Source of the DNA: Epithemia pelagica
Lineage: Eukaryota; Protista; Bacillariophyta
Assembly: GCA_946965045.2 (NCBI GenBank)
Contig: OX337229.1
Location: 6,138,001 to 6,202,000 of the forward strand
Length of the DNA stretch: 64,000 nt
Direction: 5' to 3'
This document shows, piece after piece, positions 52,666-64,000 of the stretch. How positions within the stretch are numbered: position 1 is the stretch's first letter; each line of letters starts with the position of its first letter. Below the pieces are notes generated by a model that was not told where the DNA came from, ran no database searches, and was given only the letters and a program-made list of their open reading frames with translations. The position numbers were made by a program, and so were the translations under genes.

Positions 52666-53322
52666 CTAACGAGGACGAGGAAGCACGGTTGCCGTCTTTT
52701 TTCGTTTGCGGCTCCAGTTCTTGATCCCCACAAAGACCAACACGAGACCGACCAGAACCACGGATCCCACGACAAACACCACCATTTCACGACCGTCTCC
52801 CCCCACCAGTCGAAGCAATTCTTCGTCTGTGTGGTGTTGTGCGAGATTGTTTGCCGTTGTACTGGCGGCACCACTTAAAAGTTTCGTCGAGTGGCCGTTT
52901 GGGGATGGCTGTTTCAACCGTTCGAGTGTGTCTCGTTCCGTTTGTTGCGATTGCGAAACTGGCTTCTTTTGGACAAATCCCTTGCGTTGCATCAAGGCAT
53001 GCATATCTTGTTTGGTGGCGAGCGTATGCAAGAGAATCTTTTCTTGGACGTTACCCTCGTCGTTAAAAATGGTCATGACGGCCGTTCGTCCATGAATGTA
53101 CTTGACCGTCACGCCTTGATAGGATTCCGCTTCTCCATCTTTTAAAAACGATTTGAGTTGCGGATACTTGTTCAAGGCTCATCCCGAACACGACACAATT
53201 TCCGCCGTCAATTTTTGCGGTGTGGAGGAGGAGGCAGCGTGGACCATTGTGAGGCTCTGTTGTTGTTGAGGTAGAATCAGTCCCAAAAGAAGGAACATGA
53301 AACGACAAAGATTCCAAACCAT
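52666..53322 (-). CDS. Selenoprotein of the SelM/Sep15 family (CxxU = CSGU; Sec TGA at 53179-53181), signal peptide and C-terminal TM, 218 aa
   Basis: Two track ORFs are in frame across one TGA, giving SCSG-U-ALNKYPQLKSF; SECIS about 130 nt downstream. Confidence 0.88.
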
Positions 53323-53636
53323 AGTCCTCGCTGGTTCTAATACATCAAGGCGAGCAGCAACACAAACGAGAGATGTGGAGTTGCAGCTGGAGCACACGTT
53401 GGATTTGGCGATCGGGTAACTTGGATGACGGACGACGACAGACTCTTTCGACAAAAAGCAATTTTGGATCCATTTTTTCAGCAAAATAGCAACTGTGTGA
53501 ACCAAAATCCAGATGTGGTTGAAGAAAAAATCTCAAAACACATCATCCCACCATGTCAAAAGCACACACGCATCGTTGTATCGATGGACTCAGAACTCAG
53601 AAAGTAAAAGTTGCAAGCAGACGAAGGACCAACGCA

Positions 53637-55010
53637 ATGAGTGTAATAAGGATACGTCCCGTTGGATTATGGACGACCTTGTTCCTTCTGGTGGTGGTTC
53701 TACAAGAACTACAGGAGCAGGGCGTGGAGTCCTTTACGGTTTCTTGGACCTCCGCATCGCGTCGTTCCCACCACCTCTTGCTGTCGGTCGAACCAGACGA
53801 TACTGCATCCTCCTCATTCCTCAAGGATGCCAGAAAATCCTCGGACCTGACCCAACAACTGGCAAGAGCCGCCCAACAAGCCGGTTCCATTCTGTCTCTC
53901 GTGGTGCAATCGCTCACTTTGAGCACGGTCTCACCGACCGACATTGTTGCCTGTTGCGATGCCTTGGATGACTTGAAACAGCAACAATCGCAAGCCAAGG
54001 AAGGAGAAGAAGAATGGGTGGATACAGTGGCGCGTATCCTGCGTCAACAAGCATTGGAATTTCAACGCTACTCGCTCTTGACCAAACTCTTGCAAGACGA
54101 TTCCCAAGCCTATGTGGCAACGGCCAGCTTTCTCAGTCCCAGTCGCATTCCTCGCGCCGACTTGCCCAATGTCCAAGATGTGCCGTATCTTACAACCAAT
54201 TCAGAGGAACAAGAAGCAACCGAAACAACAACCCAAACGGCACTGGTGGATGACAATGGCGTGGCCTTGGTGGCCGATTGCGAATTGGACACTGTCACCT
54301 ACCAAGACAGTTGGTTGGACCAGCTCTTGCTCAACATTTTTCGCAACTTGGTTACCAAACATACGGGAGGTGTTACTAGTGATAAGCCTGGTATTGAAGG
54401 ACTGTTGGAACAAGGACGGACCTTCATGTTGCAACCCGGTCAAACACCCGAAGCCCAACATGAAATGGTCTCCAATACCTTGGGCAGTCTCATGACACCT
54501 GTCTTGCCCCCCTTTTATCGAATTTTTATGTCTGGCATTGTGCCAAAGAAGTTCAATACACCCTGGGACGGCAAACAAGTCGGTCCCTGGTTTTATGCGC
54601 CCTGGTTAACCTCGATTGTGACTCCCACCTTTTTTGGCTTTTTGGTCGGACCCAGTCGTCCCAATCGTCGTCGCGATGGACATCGTGGTGGCTTGGTGGT
54701 GGAAAAGTGCAAATTTTTGCAAGAATCAGGCTGCAAAGGCTTGTGTTTGCATCAGTGCAAATTGCCGGCGCAACAATTTTTTGCCACAGAATTGGGCCTC
54801 CCCTTGACTGTCACCCCCAATTTTGTCACGCAAGAATGTCAATGGAGTTTTGGAGAAACACCCATTGTACCATCTCAAGATCCCTCCTTTCCCTCGGGCT
54901 GTCTGCAAGGATGTCCCTCGCGCAGCATTCTGGCCGAAACGAGAATGGCAATGGGCGCCGACGACCAAACTTCCAACATCAAGGTGGATTTGTGCAACTA
55001 TTCCGGTTGA
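53637..55010 (+). CDS. D27: Beta-carotene isomerase D27-like protein, probably plastid-targeted
   Basis: VEKCKFLQESGCKGLCLHQCKLPAQQFF...GLPLTVTPNF...CQWSFG; signal peptide ending VES-F. Confidence 0.85.
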   Translation: MSVIRIRPVGLWTTLFLLVVVLQELQEQGVESFTVSWTSASRRSHHLLLSVEPDDTASSSFLKDARKSSDLTQQLARAAQQAGSILSLVVQSLTLSTVSPTDIVACCDALDDLKQQQSQAKEGEEEWVDTVARILRQQALEFQRYSLLTKLLQDDSQAYVATASFLSPSRIPRADLPNVQDVPYLTTNSEEQEATETTTQTALVDDNGVALVADCELDTVTYQDSWLDQLLLNIFRNLVTKHTGGVTSDKPGIEGLLEQGRTFMLQPGQTPEAQHEMVSNTLGSLMTPVLPPFYRIFMSGIVPKKFNTPWDGKQVGPWFYAPWLTSIVTPTFFGFLVGPSRPNRRRDGHRGGLVVEKCKFLQESGCKGLCLHQCKLPAQQFFATELGLPLTVTPNFVTQECQWSFGETPIVPSQDPSFPSGCLQGCPSRSILAETRMAMGADDQTSNIKVDLCNYSG

Positions 55011-55603
55011 CGGTTGGTGAGCAACAACACGGGTTTGTGAAATGAAGGTCTCTTGCTTAAAAACCGTTGAAAGCAGACAAATGCAGCGGAATGTCTGCTA
55101 GTGATAAAAGTTTCATGTTCATTTCAGGCCCGCCAAGCATCCCACCAGAAACACGTCTTTAATTCACTCGTACTCTTTAACTATGGACCTCTAGCCGCTA
55201 CTCATCATGTAGAGAAAGCTACTCCTACTACCCTATGACTGGCTCCTGAATACTGAACTCAGCCTTGGCGGTTTCAATCTTGCTTCCCCCCGCACATGCA
55301 TAAGAATATAATATCCCCTAAGCTTACGCCTCCTGGAAGAGGAGGAGAGGTACTCCCAAGTTGTTGTCAGTTTTTAGTCGCACATGTACGGTACCGAACC
55401 TTAGTTTTTTGGCCACTCTGCGACATACCAGGAGCTTGGGAGTAGGAGGCGAGGCGCTTGTCGAATCCCAGTTGGCAGTTGGCGGCGGGACCACAGACAG
55501 AGGAACGTGAAGTCGAAACCGAGGAAAGACAAAACAGACACACAAAAACCAAAACTCCCAGTATCGCAATCACTCACCGCAGACCCAAACAAACAAACAA
55601 AAG

Positions 55604-56182
55604 ATGGAGGAGATCAAGGCTACACTGGAATCCACACAGGCTGAGATAGCCGAGAAAGTTCGGCTCATTGATGAGCTACAAAACAAGCTCGACGAAGCAC
55701 GGCGAACTGCACAGGAACAAGACGAGAAACATCAGTCCCAGCTAAACACGTATAAGGTCAAGCTAGAATCGATCCGTCATCAGATGAAAGAGTTGCGAGA
55801 GGACTTTGGACGTCTTAGGGAAGAGCTCCGAGTTCTTAAGGAAAAGGTCCGAGTTCTCGAGAACAAGTTTGAAGAAGAGGTCCGAGCTCTAAAGGAAGAG
55901 GTCCCAGATCTTAAGGAAGTGACCCGAGTTCTTAAGGAAGAGGCCCGAGTTCTCATGAACAAGTTTCTAAAATGCGAGAACCAATATGACGAATTGACGA
56001 ACCAATATGACGAATTGGAAATGCTGCATGGAGAATCCAAGAGCCAAAACGAGGAACGGGTCCGAATTGTCGAGTACCAAAATGAAGAATTGAGATTGAG
56101 GCTTGAAGAAGCCGAGAACCAAAGGGATGAATTGATAATGAGGCTTGCAGGACTGCCGTCCCTTTGTGGTCCTAGAGACTAA
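55604..56182 (+). CDS. Coiled-coil protein with 21-nt (7-aa EExRVLK) tandem repeats
   Basis: 192-aa heptad-rich ORF; ccgagttcttaaggaa repeated. Confidence 0.55.
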   Translation: MEEIKATLESTQAEIAEKVRLIDELQNKLDEARRTAQEQDEKHQSQLNTYKVKLESIRHQMKELREDFGRLREELRVLKEKVRVLENKFEEEVRALKEEVPDLKEVTRVLKEEARVLMNKFLKCENQYDELTNQYDELEMLHGESKSQNEERVRIVEYQNEELRLRLEEAENQRDELIMRLAGLPSLCGPRD

Positions 56183-56228
56183 TATAGACAAGCAGTATCG
56201 TTTTGATCATAAATTAGGATGGAGCGCT

Positions 56229-57968
56229 CTACGAAGGATAATAGCTATTGTTGTTGTTGTACGCAGGTCCTGCTGGTGGCTGTTGTTGCACAGCATAGGA
56301 AGATGATGATGAAGACACAGGATACAACGAGGGAGGTGGAGGAGGTGCATAGGCACCACCATGATAACCCATGGGCGGTACTTGGTTGGGCGGATAGGTT
56401 GATGGATACAGGCCGCCTGGAGATGGGCCACCTTGGGATGGATACCCGTCGTGGTCCGCAGGATGGGAGCCTCCCGAAGGTACTGGTGGTGGTGGTGGTG
56501 GCTGTTGCTGTTGCTGGGATTCCATTCGCAGTTGGAGTCGTTCCTTTTCTTGTTGTTCTTGCAATCGTTTCGCTTGTGCCTGAAGCAAGGCCAAATGCGG
56601 TTCGGGACCAATGCGATTGCGGAGAAAAAAGGCGGCATGCAAATAGGAACAAATTTTGGCTTGTTGGTCCAAGACTTGGGCTTCCACGGTCGGACCCGCA
56701 AAGCCTGGCACTTGCAATTGCGTCAAGACTTGTTGTTGCACACAGAGAAGGCGCCGCAATTGCCAGGCCACATCCTGGACCACCGTCTGTCGTTGTTCTT
56801 GACAGGCCGTTTGAAAGACGCGCCGGTTTTGTTCCAAATTGGCTTGGACGGCCGCCGCCACGGCTGGATTGGTCGCAGTGGCCAATTGATTGGCAAAATT
56901 GGCCTCCCGTTGCTCATGGGCCTGTTTTAAGGATTGATCCAATTGCGCAACCGTTTCGGCCGCATGGTGTTCCGTCAAGGCTGTCAAGGTCCACAGAGCA
57001 TGACATACCTTGAGAAGAATGGTACCGGACGCACTTTGCAAACACTGATTGAGTTCCAAGGCGAGGGTGACACCCAACAAATCCTTGGCAGTCGGATCCG
57101 AGAATTTGGGTGGCAACGGTTCAAACAGCGGCGGTTCGGGGGCCTGCGCCAAACTGGTCCCATCTCGAATCATCCAGGCGGCCAAAATATCCGGAGGAAC
57201 ATCCTTTTGTTGCAAAACTTGCAAGAATGCCTTGGCTTCAATGTCGACTGCTTCGAGGGAAACTACTTGGTTTTTTGGCAATTCCAGAGGCGGCGGCGAT
57301 GGATCGACCGATGGCTGTTGTTGTTGTTCTCCCATGAGTTTGATGCGCTTACTCGATGGTTCTTCGTCCTGGTTGGCTGCCGGTTCCATTCCATTGGACG
57401 ACTCTTGTGGTTTCTGCAGTTCCTCCATGGCAGCCCGTTGGAGTTCCTCCAAGGTCAAATCAGGATTGCTTCCTTGTTGCATAAATTCCAAAAAGGCTTG
57501 CCACAAAATATCTCGATCTTGTTCCTCTTGTACCGGTCCATTGGTCCCATTTGTTCCCAACAAGGCTCGAATATAAATATCTTGCGCCTTGCGTTTGCGT
57601 TCTCGATCTTGCGCAAATTGGGCAAAGGACAACCACACTGTTCCCACACTGCCCGCCACTGGACAATGCGTCGCTTGTTCGTAGGCTTCCATGGCCGACT
57701 TGAATTGTTGACAGGAGGACAAAAATTCGGCATAGGCGAGCCAGAGTGTCACAATGGCTTGTTGCAGAGTATCATACTCCATGCGGTTGTTGTTGTTGTT
57801 GTTAGCCAATAGTTCGCGAGCATCGTCCACCCACGTCAACAAGGCAGATTGAAAAATCATTTGACCGCCTTCAAAGTCATCCTTTTCCGTATACTTGTCT
57901 TGAGCCGCTTGAATCACCACATTGGGGTCGTATTTATTGGCGGCTTGTAATTCGTTTGTCGAGGACAT
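56229..57968 (-). CDS. HAT/TPR-like helical protein with Pro/Gln-rich C-terminus
   Basis: LWLAYAEF..., VWLSFAQF...DIYIRAL, LWQAFLEFM half-a-TPR-like patterns. Confidence 0.65.
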   Translation of the reverse strand: MSSTNELQAANKYDPNVVIQAAQDKYTEKDDFEGGQMIFQSALLTWVDDARELLANNNNNNRMEYDTLQQAIVTLWLAYAEFLSSCQQFKSAMEAYEQATHCPVAGSVGTVWLSFAQFAQDRERKRKAQDIYIRALLGTNGTNGPVQEEQDRDILWQAFLEFMQQGSNPDLTLEELQRAAMEELQKPQESSNGMEPAANQDEEPSSKRIKLMGEQQQQPSVDPSPPPLELPKNQVVSLEAVDIEAKAFLQVLQQKDVPPDILAAWMIRDGTSLAQAPEPPLFEPLPPKFSDPTAKDLLGVTLALELNQCLQSASGTILLKVCHALWTLTALTEHHAAETVAQLDQSLKQAHEQREANFANQLATATNPAVAAAVQANLEQNRRVFQTACQEQRQTVVQDVAWQLRRLLCVQQQVLTQLQVPGFAGPTVEAQVLDQQAKICSYLHAAFFLRNRIGPEPHLALLQAQAKRLQEQQEKERLQLRMESQQQQQPPPPPPVPSGGSHPADHDGYPSQGGPSPGGLYPSTYPPNQVPPMGYHGGAYAPPPPPSLYPVSSSSSSYAVQQQPPAGPAYNNNNSYYPS

Positions 57969-58469
57969 GTTAAGAGTAAATGTCGAAAACGAAACAAGGT
58001 GTATAGTATCGAATCCAGAGACTTTTCTTGCGACGGTTTTAGTCTTTTTTCGTTCCTCAATCCTTCTTCAAAAGAGCGAGATGCCGGTGTCTTTGTGGCT
58101 CGCTGCTGGTGAGTCTGTGAGAGGTGTGAACAGCGGATGCGTTTCATGGAGCTGTGGATGGAGTCTCTGTGGGGTATCGTCGACTTTCTTTCTGGGGGCG
58201 TTGGCGTTGGGCGTTGGGCGTTGGGCGTGCGTCAAAAAACACCGGGTGTTTTTTTGACAAAAGACTGCTGTAAATAATCAGTAAGAAATGGAATTTGAAT
58301 GGCAAAATACACAAATTCCATTTCAAATTTGAAATCACCCATCGGAATCAAGTTTTCCAAAGATCCATCACGACACGACAACAAAAAAGGAAGGAACGCA
58401 TCAGAGTTGATCCACACAGATCTCGCATCCACCTTTGTCCTTTCTGGCAGTCGTCACTCAGCATTCAGC

Positions 58470-60389
58470 ATGTCTTCCTCACAGCAGCAGCAGAAGACGA
58501 ACCATCAACCGGAATGGAAAATGGTGCTTTCGGCTCGACCTTCCTCATCGCCCCCGTCTGGTACGTGTGTGTCTGTCAGTGTGTCTACCTAGTGGTGGTG
58601 GTGGTTGAGAAGCAACCGTATTCCTCTCACTCTCTTGTTTCTGTTAGAATTGGAAGTCTTGATGCGTTCCCATTGTCAGCGAATTCGGGCCGTCACGACA
58701 CTCAATGGAGCTCAGTTGCTGATTCCCCTCACCTTTCCTTCGCCGCAACAAACAAGAACTGGCGGAACTGCCTCTCAGCCCATCATTACCAAATCGCTCG
58801 CCATTCGCTATTATTCCTCCACCGACATTCGACGCTTGTCTGCTGTAGACAACAACAACAATGACAATGACCCGCGAAGCACGCAAGTTCAAGCCTTGAA
58901 GCGCATGGCCCAGTCCTTTGCCGTCTCGATAGTCCTATTGGTGCTACCACAAGAAGTAGAAGAAGCACATCACGACGATAACGGAGAAGAATCCCTGCAG
59001 ACGATCGAATTCAACAATCGCAATAGTTGGACGAACCGTGTCATGCATCTCTTGACAACACCATCATCCTCGGTGGCCTCGAGCGACAGCAACAACAACA
59101 ACACGACCAAACCACACGGATGTTGTCGTGTATTGGTGGTTCCCACGGTGGAACTGGCCCTGGAAGGAATTCGGACCTTTGTCGCGGCGTTGCATCCCCA
59201 AAAGGAAGCCTTGAAACAACAGTACCTGCAACGTCAAGAATTGTACTATTGTATTCCTCCGACCGACTCTGGTGTAGCGGCTGCTGGTACGACTACTACC
59301 ACGGCACACAAGGAGCGACACCAACGACACCAACAAGAGCGACAACAACACGCGTCCGATCATGTTCGACATGTCATGGAACAATGGTCTCGTCGCCTCG
59401 ATCTGCCTTTGGGTGAGGAAAATGTTCTCTTGGAGCTGTCGGGCAATCTCCAAAACATTGCCTCTGGGAAAAACCAAACAGCGGTCCCCATTGAAGAGGA
59501 AACTCGAAAAAAGATGCAAGCCTTCTTTTTTGGTTCCTTGGACCGACAAGATGATGATGATGAAGATTGCGAGAACCATTCAATGCCTCTCAGCACCAAC
59601 ATGGTACCGTCCACAATCCCAACGACACATACCGCAAACACGATAGTTCCCCCAACAACAACAACAACGAGTCAACTCCATCGTCAGGAACTCATCCCAG
59701 GTGCAGGAATCCATCCTGGCCTTTCGGAACTACCACAAGAGCCGAGTTACCACAGCAGTGAGAACATGCTGTTGGGAGCTGGAGCGAATATGACAACTGG
59801 ATCCAACAACCTGTTGGGAGGTTCGACTGGACACTCTCATCAGGAACCTTCCTCGTATTGGACACGCATGCAAAATGGTCCGCCACCAATCATGAGGCAT
59901 CAGGGACCCGCACATGCGTTTGGTGGTTCGAGAACCCTGATGCCATCCCACTATTCTTTGAATCCGACTACTGCATCGCAAGAAGGAAACCATGTGGCAT
60001 CCAGCACTAATTCCACACATCCACGTCCCATGATCCACAGTCGACCACATTCGTTTCATCCCAACAGTGTGGCTACTGCAATGGACTCTGGGATGAGGAT
60101 GATGTATTCCAATGGAACACCACACGTGGTCGCGACTCCTATTACTACAGCACCTTACAACGGCATGGCTGGATATGGTGAAGAACGGTCGGCACCGCAG
60201 TACCTACATCCCGCGAATGCCGCCGCAACACCGTATTACTATGGACCAACGACGACGACGACGACGACACCCGTGGCGACTTCTGCGTCGTACCAACACC
60301 ACGTACGGCCCCTTTCTCACCCGCATTCCTCCCTGCAAGATCCTTTGCCGTATCGACCCAATGTTCGTCACCACCACCAATGGATGTGA
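58470..60389 (+). CDS. Hypothetical protein with disordered C-terminus (intron 58561-58647)
   Basis: A phase-1 GTACGT...TAG intron joins MSSSQQQ... to the 594-aa ORF. Confidence 0.6.
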
Positions 60390-60682
60390 GCGTACGTATG
60401 TTTAGAAGGACCCTCTCGAATTGAGTAGATCAATCGATGGATGGATCCAATGGAACAAGAGCAATACGAGATAGAGAAACATGGAATCCTCCAGCTGTGC
60501 GCGGGCCCTAGGCAGCATCCACCCAATCGTTTGTCATGATTGGATGCGATAGTATAACAAGGCACCGTTCGATTGGATAGATATGCAAAAAATGACTAGT
60601 AGTGCTTGGCGGATAGATAAACTATAACAGATGTAAGAGGTTGTCTAGTCCTAATCCTATATATGGTGGTCCTCTTTCTCTA

Positions 60683-61501
60683 CTAAAACTCGTCTTGTTC
60701 GTCCGCCTCCACCATGGGTACGTCGTTTGGTGCGTCGTTTGCTTCTTCGTCTGGATTACTCATTAAAATTAGATGTTGTCGCATGGCCCACTTGACAAAG
60801 TAAATGAGGGCAAAAATGGCGGCCGGATTCTTGAGGAGACTGGTCAGAATGCCCCACAAGCCTCCGGCACTGCCACCACCACCACCATTCAATTTCGCCT
60901 CGTTCACTGGCACGGCCGTGGTTTCTTTCCATTGCTGTACGACTTGTTTCGGATTGCCACCGTGTCGCATACAGGCCGTGACCTGTTCGCGCGCTTGATC
61001 CGTGACAAAGAGACCGCCGTCGCGGGTCAAGACGACCAGTGCCGGAATGCCCCGAATTTGCAAGGTTTGGGCCAAGGCCTTTTTGAGAGCGGCCGTACCC
61101 GTCGTGGCCAAGGACAACCAGGGCATGGTGGCAAAATACTCGTCAAATTGGGCCAAATTGTGATCGCTGCTGAGATACAAGATTTCCATCTCGTCGTGAG
61201 TGGCGGCATAAAATTGCTTCAAGAGTGGGGAAAAGGACTGACAGGGGGGACACCAACTCGCACTAAAATACAAGAGGACCAAGGATTTGGACTGCAAGGC
61301 TTGTGTGGTCGACACGGACGTATACCGACTGTTGTTGTTGTTGTTGTTGGTGGTGTTTTGAATCAAGGTGGGACCCACCATTCGGACCCAGACATTCTCC
61401 TCCTCCTCTTTTTGAGAAACCTCGTTTGATGATGATGGTGCTGGAGTTGCAGTGTCCTTCTTATTGGGGGTGCTGCTAGTAGCATTCGTATGTTCCGTCA
61501 T
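60683..61501 (-). CDS. Nucleoredoxin/tryparedoxin-like thioredoxin
   Basis: LLYFSASWCPPCQSF...FATMPWLSL...IRGIPALVVL; C-terminal hydrophobic segment. Confidence 0.88.
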   Translation of the reverse strand: MTEHTNATSSTPNKKDTATPAPSSSNEVSQKEEEENVWVRMVGPTLIQNTTNNNNNNSRYTSVSTTQALQSKSLVLLYFSASWCPPCQSFSPLLKQFYAATHDEMEILYLSSDHNLAQFDEYFATMPWLSLATTGTAALKKALAQTLQIRGIPALVVLTRDGGLFVTDQAREQVTACMRHGGNPKQVVQQWKETTAVPVNEAKLNGGGGGSAGGLWGILTSLLKNPAAIFALIYFVKWAMRQHLILMSNPDEEANDAPNDVPMVEADEQDEF

Positions 61502-62078
61502 GGTTTGGTTCGTTGCTGGTTGGTTGGTTCACTCAATCTCTTGTCACACTTTTTGCTTCTTGCCAGTCACACAAACGCCACAGAGAGTTATGGAGAGATA
61601 GTATATATGACAAAGAGACGAAAGGGAGAGAGAGAGAGGGTTGATCGAAGCAACCTCTCTTTGCTTTTGTATTTTGTCTTGTCTAAACGGTTCTTCGGAT
61701 TGTCGAAGCAGAAGAAGGGGGTGCCCCTTTTTGTTGACCATTGACCCCAAAAGATCTTTTGAGGTTTGGGGTACGCTCCCGTGGCTAGCTAGAGGTAGCT
61801 CTAAAGATAGCTCTACCCCTGCCAGCTCTCTATTACTCCTATTTCTCGTCCCTAGTCCCTAGAGGAGTTATGGCAAAATGAGTTCTGCCTACCGGTGGAA
61901 GGAACTGCCACACCATGATTATTCCGAACGGAACACTCCCCGGTAGAACTGTTGTAGTCTTATATTTATACACATGGAGATGCGTATATATGTGTGTGTG
62001 TTTTCTAAGTATAGAGTATAGTATTCAGCAGAGGCACCTTCCTCTTTGGTTCTTTGGTGTGAGTCTGTTCGACCAGAA

Positions 62079-64000
62079 CTAGTCCGACTTGGTTTGGGCA
62101 TCGGCCGCCGCCTTTTGACGTTTTTCTTCCAACCAAAGGGTCATTTGTTGTTTGAGTTCCGTGGCGGGTTTCACCTCCTCAATACTCAATGGTTTCCGAT
62201 TAAAGGGATCCATGGGATCATTGAGCAAATGTTGCGTAATGGTCGATCGATCCACGACATGGCCCGAGGGCAACCAAACGGGATCTTTCATGAATGTGGA
62301 CAAAATTTCGTCCAAAAATTCTTCGGGAGCATCGGCCACGAGCAATTCATCTTGGGCGACGCGTTGGGCCGCTTGTTCCATCCACTCGGGCAGGGCCGAA
62401 AAGGCTTGCAATTGCTCGCCTTCCAACAAGTGGAGCCGTGTCACGGTACTCAAGGCTTGTCGCAACAAGCGTGGATCACAACCGGATTTGGCACATTCTT
62501 CTTGAAAGACAGGTGCTGCGGCAAACAAACTAAAGATGTAGCACAAATCCCGCAACATGACCTTGGGTTTGAAATCCAACTCTTCGGGATTGTCCACCTT
62601 GAGTTCCAACCCTTTGGATCCCACCAGTTTGGTCAAGACATGCAACAACATGCTCACCAAACGAGAACTCAATTCTTCCAGCAAAAACAATTGACGAATT
62701 TCGGGATCGGTATTGAGATAGCCAAACATTTGGAGGGTCTTGTTGCACAGCGGCAAGGCATGCTTCACTTCACGTTCATTTTCTTCCAGGCGTTCCGAGA
62801 CTTGCTTTTGTTGTTCTTCCGTCATGGCCGACCATTCGGCCGTGTTTTTCATTTTCAATTGGGCTTCACGAATCTCTGGAAGCTTTTGCATGACCGTAGC
62901 AATCAATGTATTGGTTTCGTTCATGATACCATTGGCAAATTTGATAAAGGATTGCTTGTTTTGTGTAATACGTCGAAAGGCGGGTCGATGTTCCTTGGAT
63001 TCCCACAAGTACTTGATGAGAGAGGAGATTTTGGCCCGATGACTCATGCGATCGTAGTAGCCGGTATGTTCCACTTCGCCGTACAAGAGCAAGAGGGAGG
63101 GTGCCAAACATTCTTGGGCACTGGGGTCTGACAAGAGATAGGTCTCACCCGTTTTGCTGTCGAGATAGACCGATGTTGGAACACTGTCGCGACGATCTTC
63201 GTCGGTCGATGGAGGCAAAAACAACTCGTACAAGACATCGCCCAACATGGCCCGTAAATTGTAGTTGCGCACCATCTGTAGTAGTTGTTGTAGTAAAAAT
63301 AGAGTACGAATTGCAATGCACATATATAAGTGTGTATGCGTGTGAGAAGGAGCATCGTATTTGGAACAAAAGAAGGAGAGAAGCACCCAAAACAACTACA
63401 ACGAAACAACTACAAACGTACCGTCGCATAGGTGGGGGACAAGAGTTTGACGACTTGTTGAAAGGTATACGTCATGTCAATGCCGCGCAACAACTTGGGT
63501 TTGAGTTTGGCCAACAAGGTGACGACATGACAGACATCACTCACCAATTCTTCGGGCCATTGGGCCACCACGTCTTGCGAGGCCGTACAGACGAGTTTGG
63601 CTTGGAGTTGCAAAAAATGCAAATGACTGGCCACAAAGTCGTCGGCCAACAAGGCCACTTCGGCCGATCGTTGGCGACTCACGTACAGGGCAAATTGAGG
63701 ATCGGTTTGCCAATCGGTCGCCGAACCTCGACTGGTAATGTGCCAATGCAAATGACTCAAATGGCGCAACAAGGATTCGTGTTGACTGAGTTGGGCCGAC
63801 AAGCCCAAATGAATGGCACGGGCCGTCAAGAAAAAGAGTTGGGTGACAAAGGCATTTTTGGGTTGATATTCCACGGCCATGGTGGTCGTGTCGTCATCCG
63901 TTTCGGTGGAAGACGACGACGACAGGCGCGGGACGGCATTGTCCCCCGTCGTGGCATAGAGGCCCTTGTGCGCGGCCGGATCCGCACAAAAGAGGGGATC
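62079..64000 (-). CDS. UFD2: Ubiquitin conjugation factor E4 (U-box), 3' part; intron 63276-63421; 5' end lies beyond the window
   Basis: FVTQLFFLT, FIKFANGIMNET, LELKVDNP..LDFKPK, APEEFLDEILSTFMKDPVWLPSGHVVDRSTITQHLLNDPMDPFNR. Confidence 0.93.

Noticed and set aside
28591-53181. Genome-wide UGA reassignment suggested by four in-frame TGAs
   Set aside because: Host genes (e.g. D27 at 55010, 58470-60389) end normally in TGA, and only the selenoprotein has a SECIS.
27337-63131. Long antisense or shadow ORFs (27337-28407, 37524-38288, 56934-57812, 60773-61429, 62046-63131, 3624-4223)
   Set aside because: Each overlaps a well-supported gene on the other strand and has no recognisable motifs.

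Overview
Eukaryotic nuclear DNA with short GT-AG introns. It is most likely from a pennate diatom, inferred from the CoDi-like copia elements, the D27 and kelch families and the low-complexity Q/T/N runs. Host genes lie at both ends: sarcosine/dimethylglycine dehydrogenase, a PPR-like protein, tandem kelch genes, an SFT2-like protein, a UGA-containing SelM/Sep15-type selenoprotein with a SECIS, D27 isomerase, nucleoredoxin and UFD2. The centre (about 11.4-36 kb) is a three-level nest. A Crypton-type tyrosine-recombinase (YR) gene is split by copia element B, which has 174-bp LTRs, a 4-bp TSD, an in-frame UGA between gag and pol, and a tRNA-like Pol III unit in its leader. The 5' LTR of B is in turn split by copia element A, which has 783-bp LTRs, a 5-bp TSD and an extra ORF before gag. 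Directly downstream of the YR gene are five intronless orphan ORFs, including two paralog pairs; both members of one pair carry PIP-box-like motifs and one member of the other carries a SIM-like motif. They may be cargo of an element of about 8.5 kb, and this is the best candidate here for an undescribed system. A full-length 8-kb LINE with a 20-bp TSD ends in a poly(T) rather than a poly(A) tail. All family assignments come from motif recognition by eye; no searches were run.
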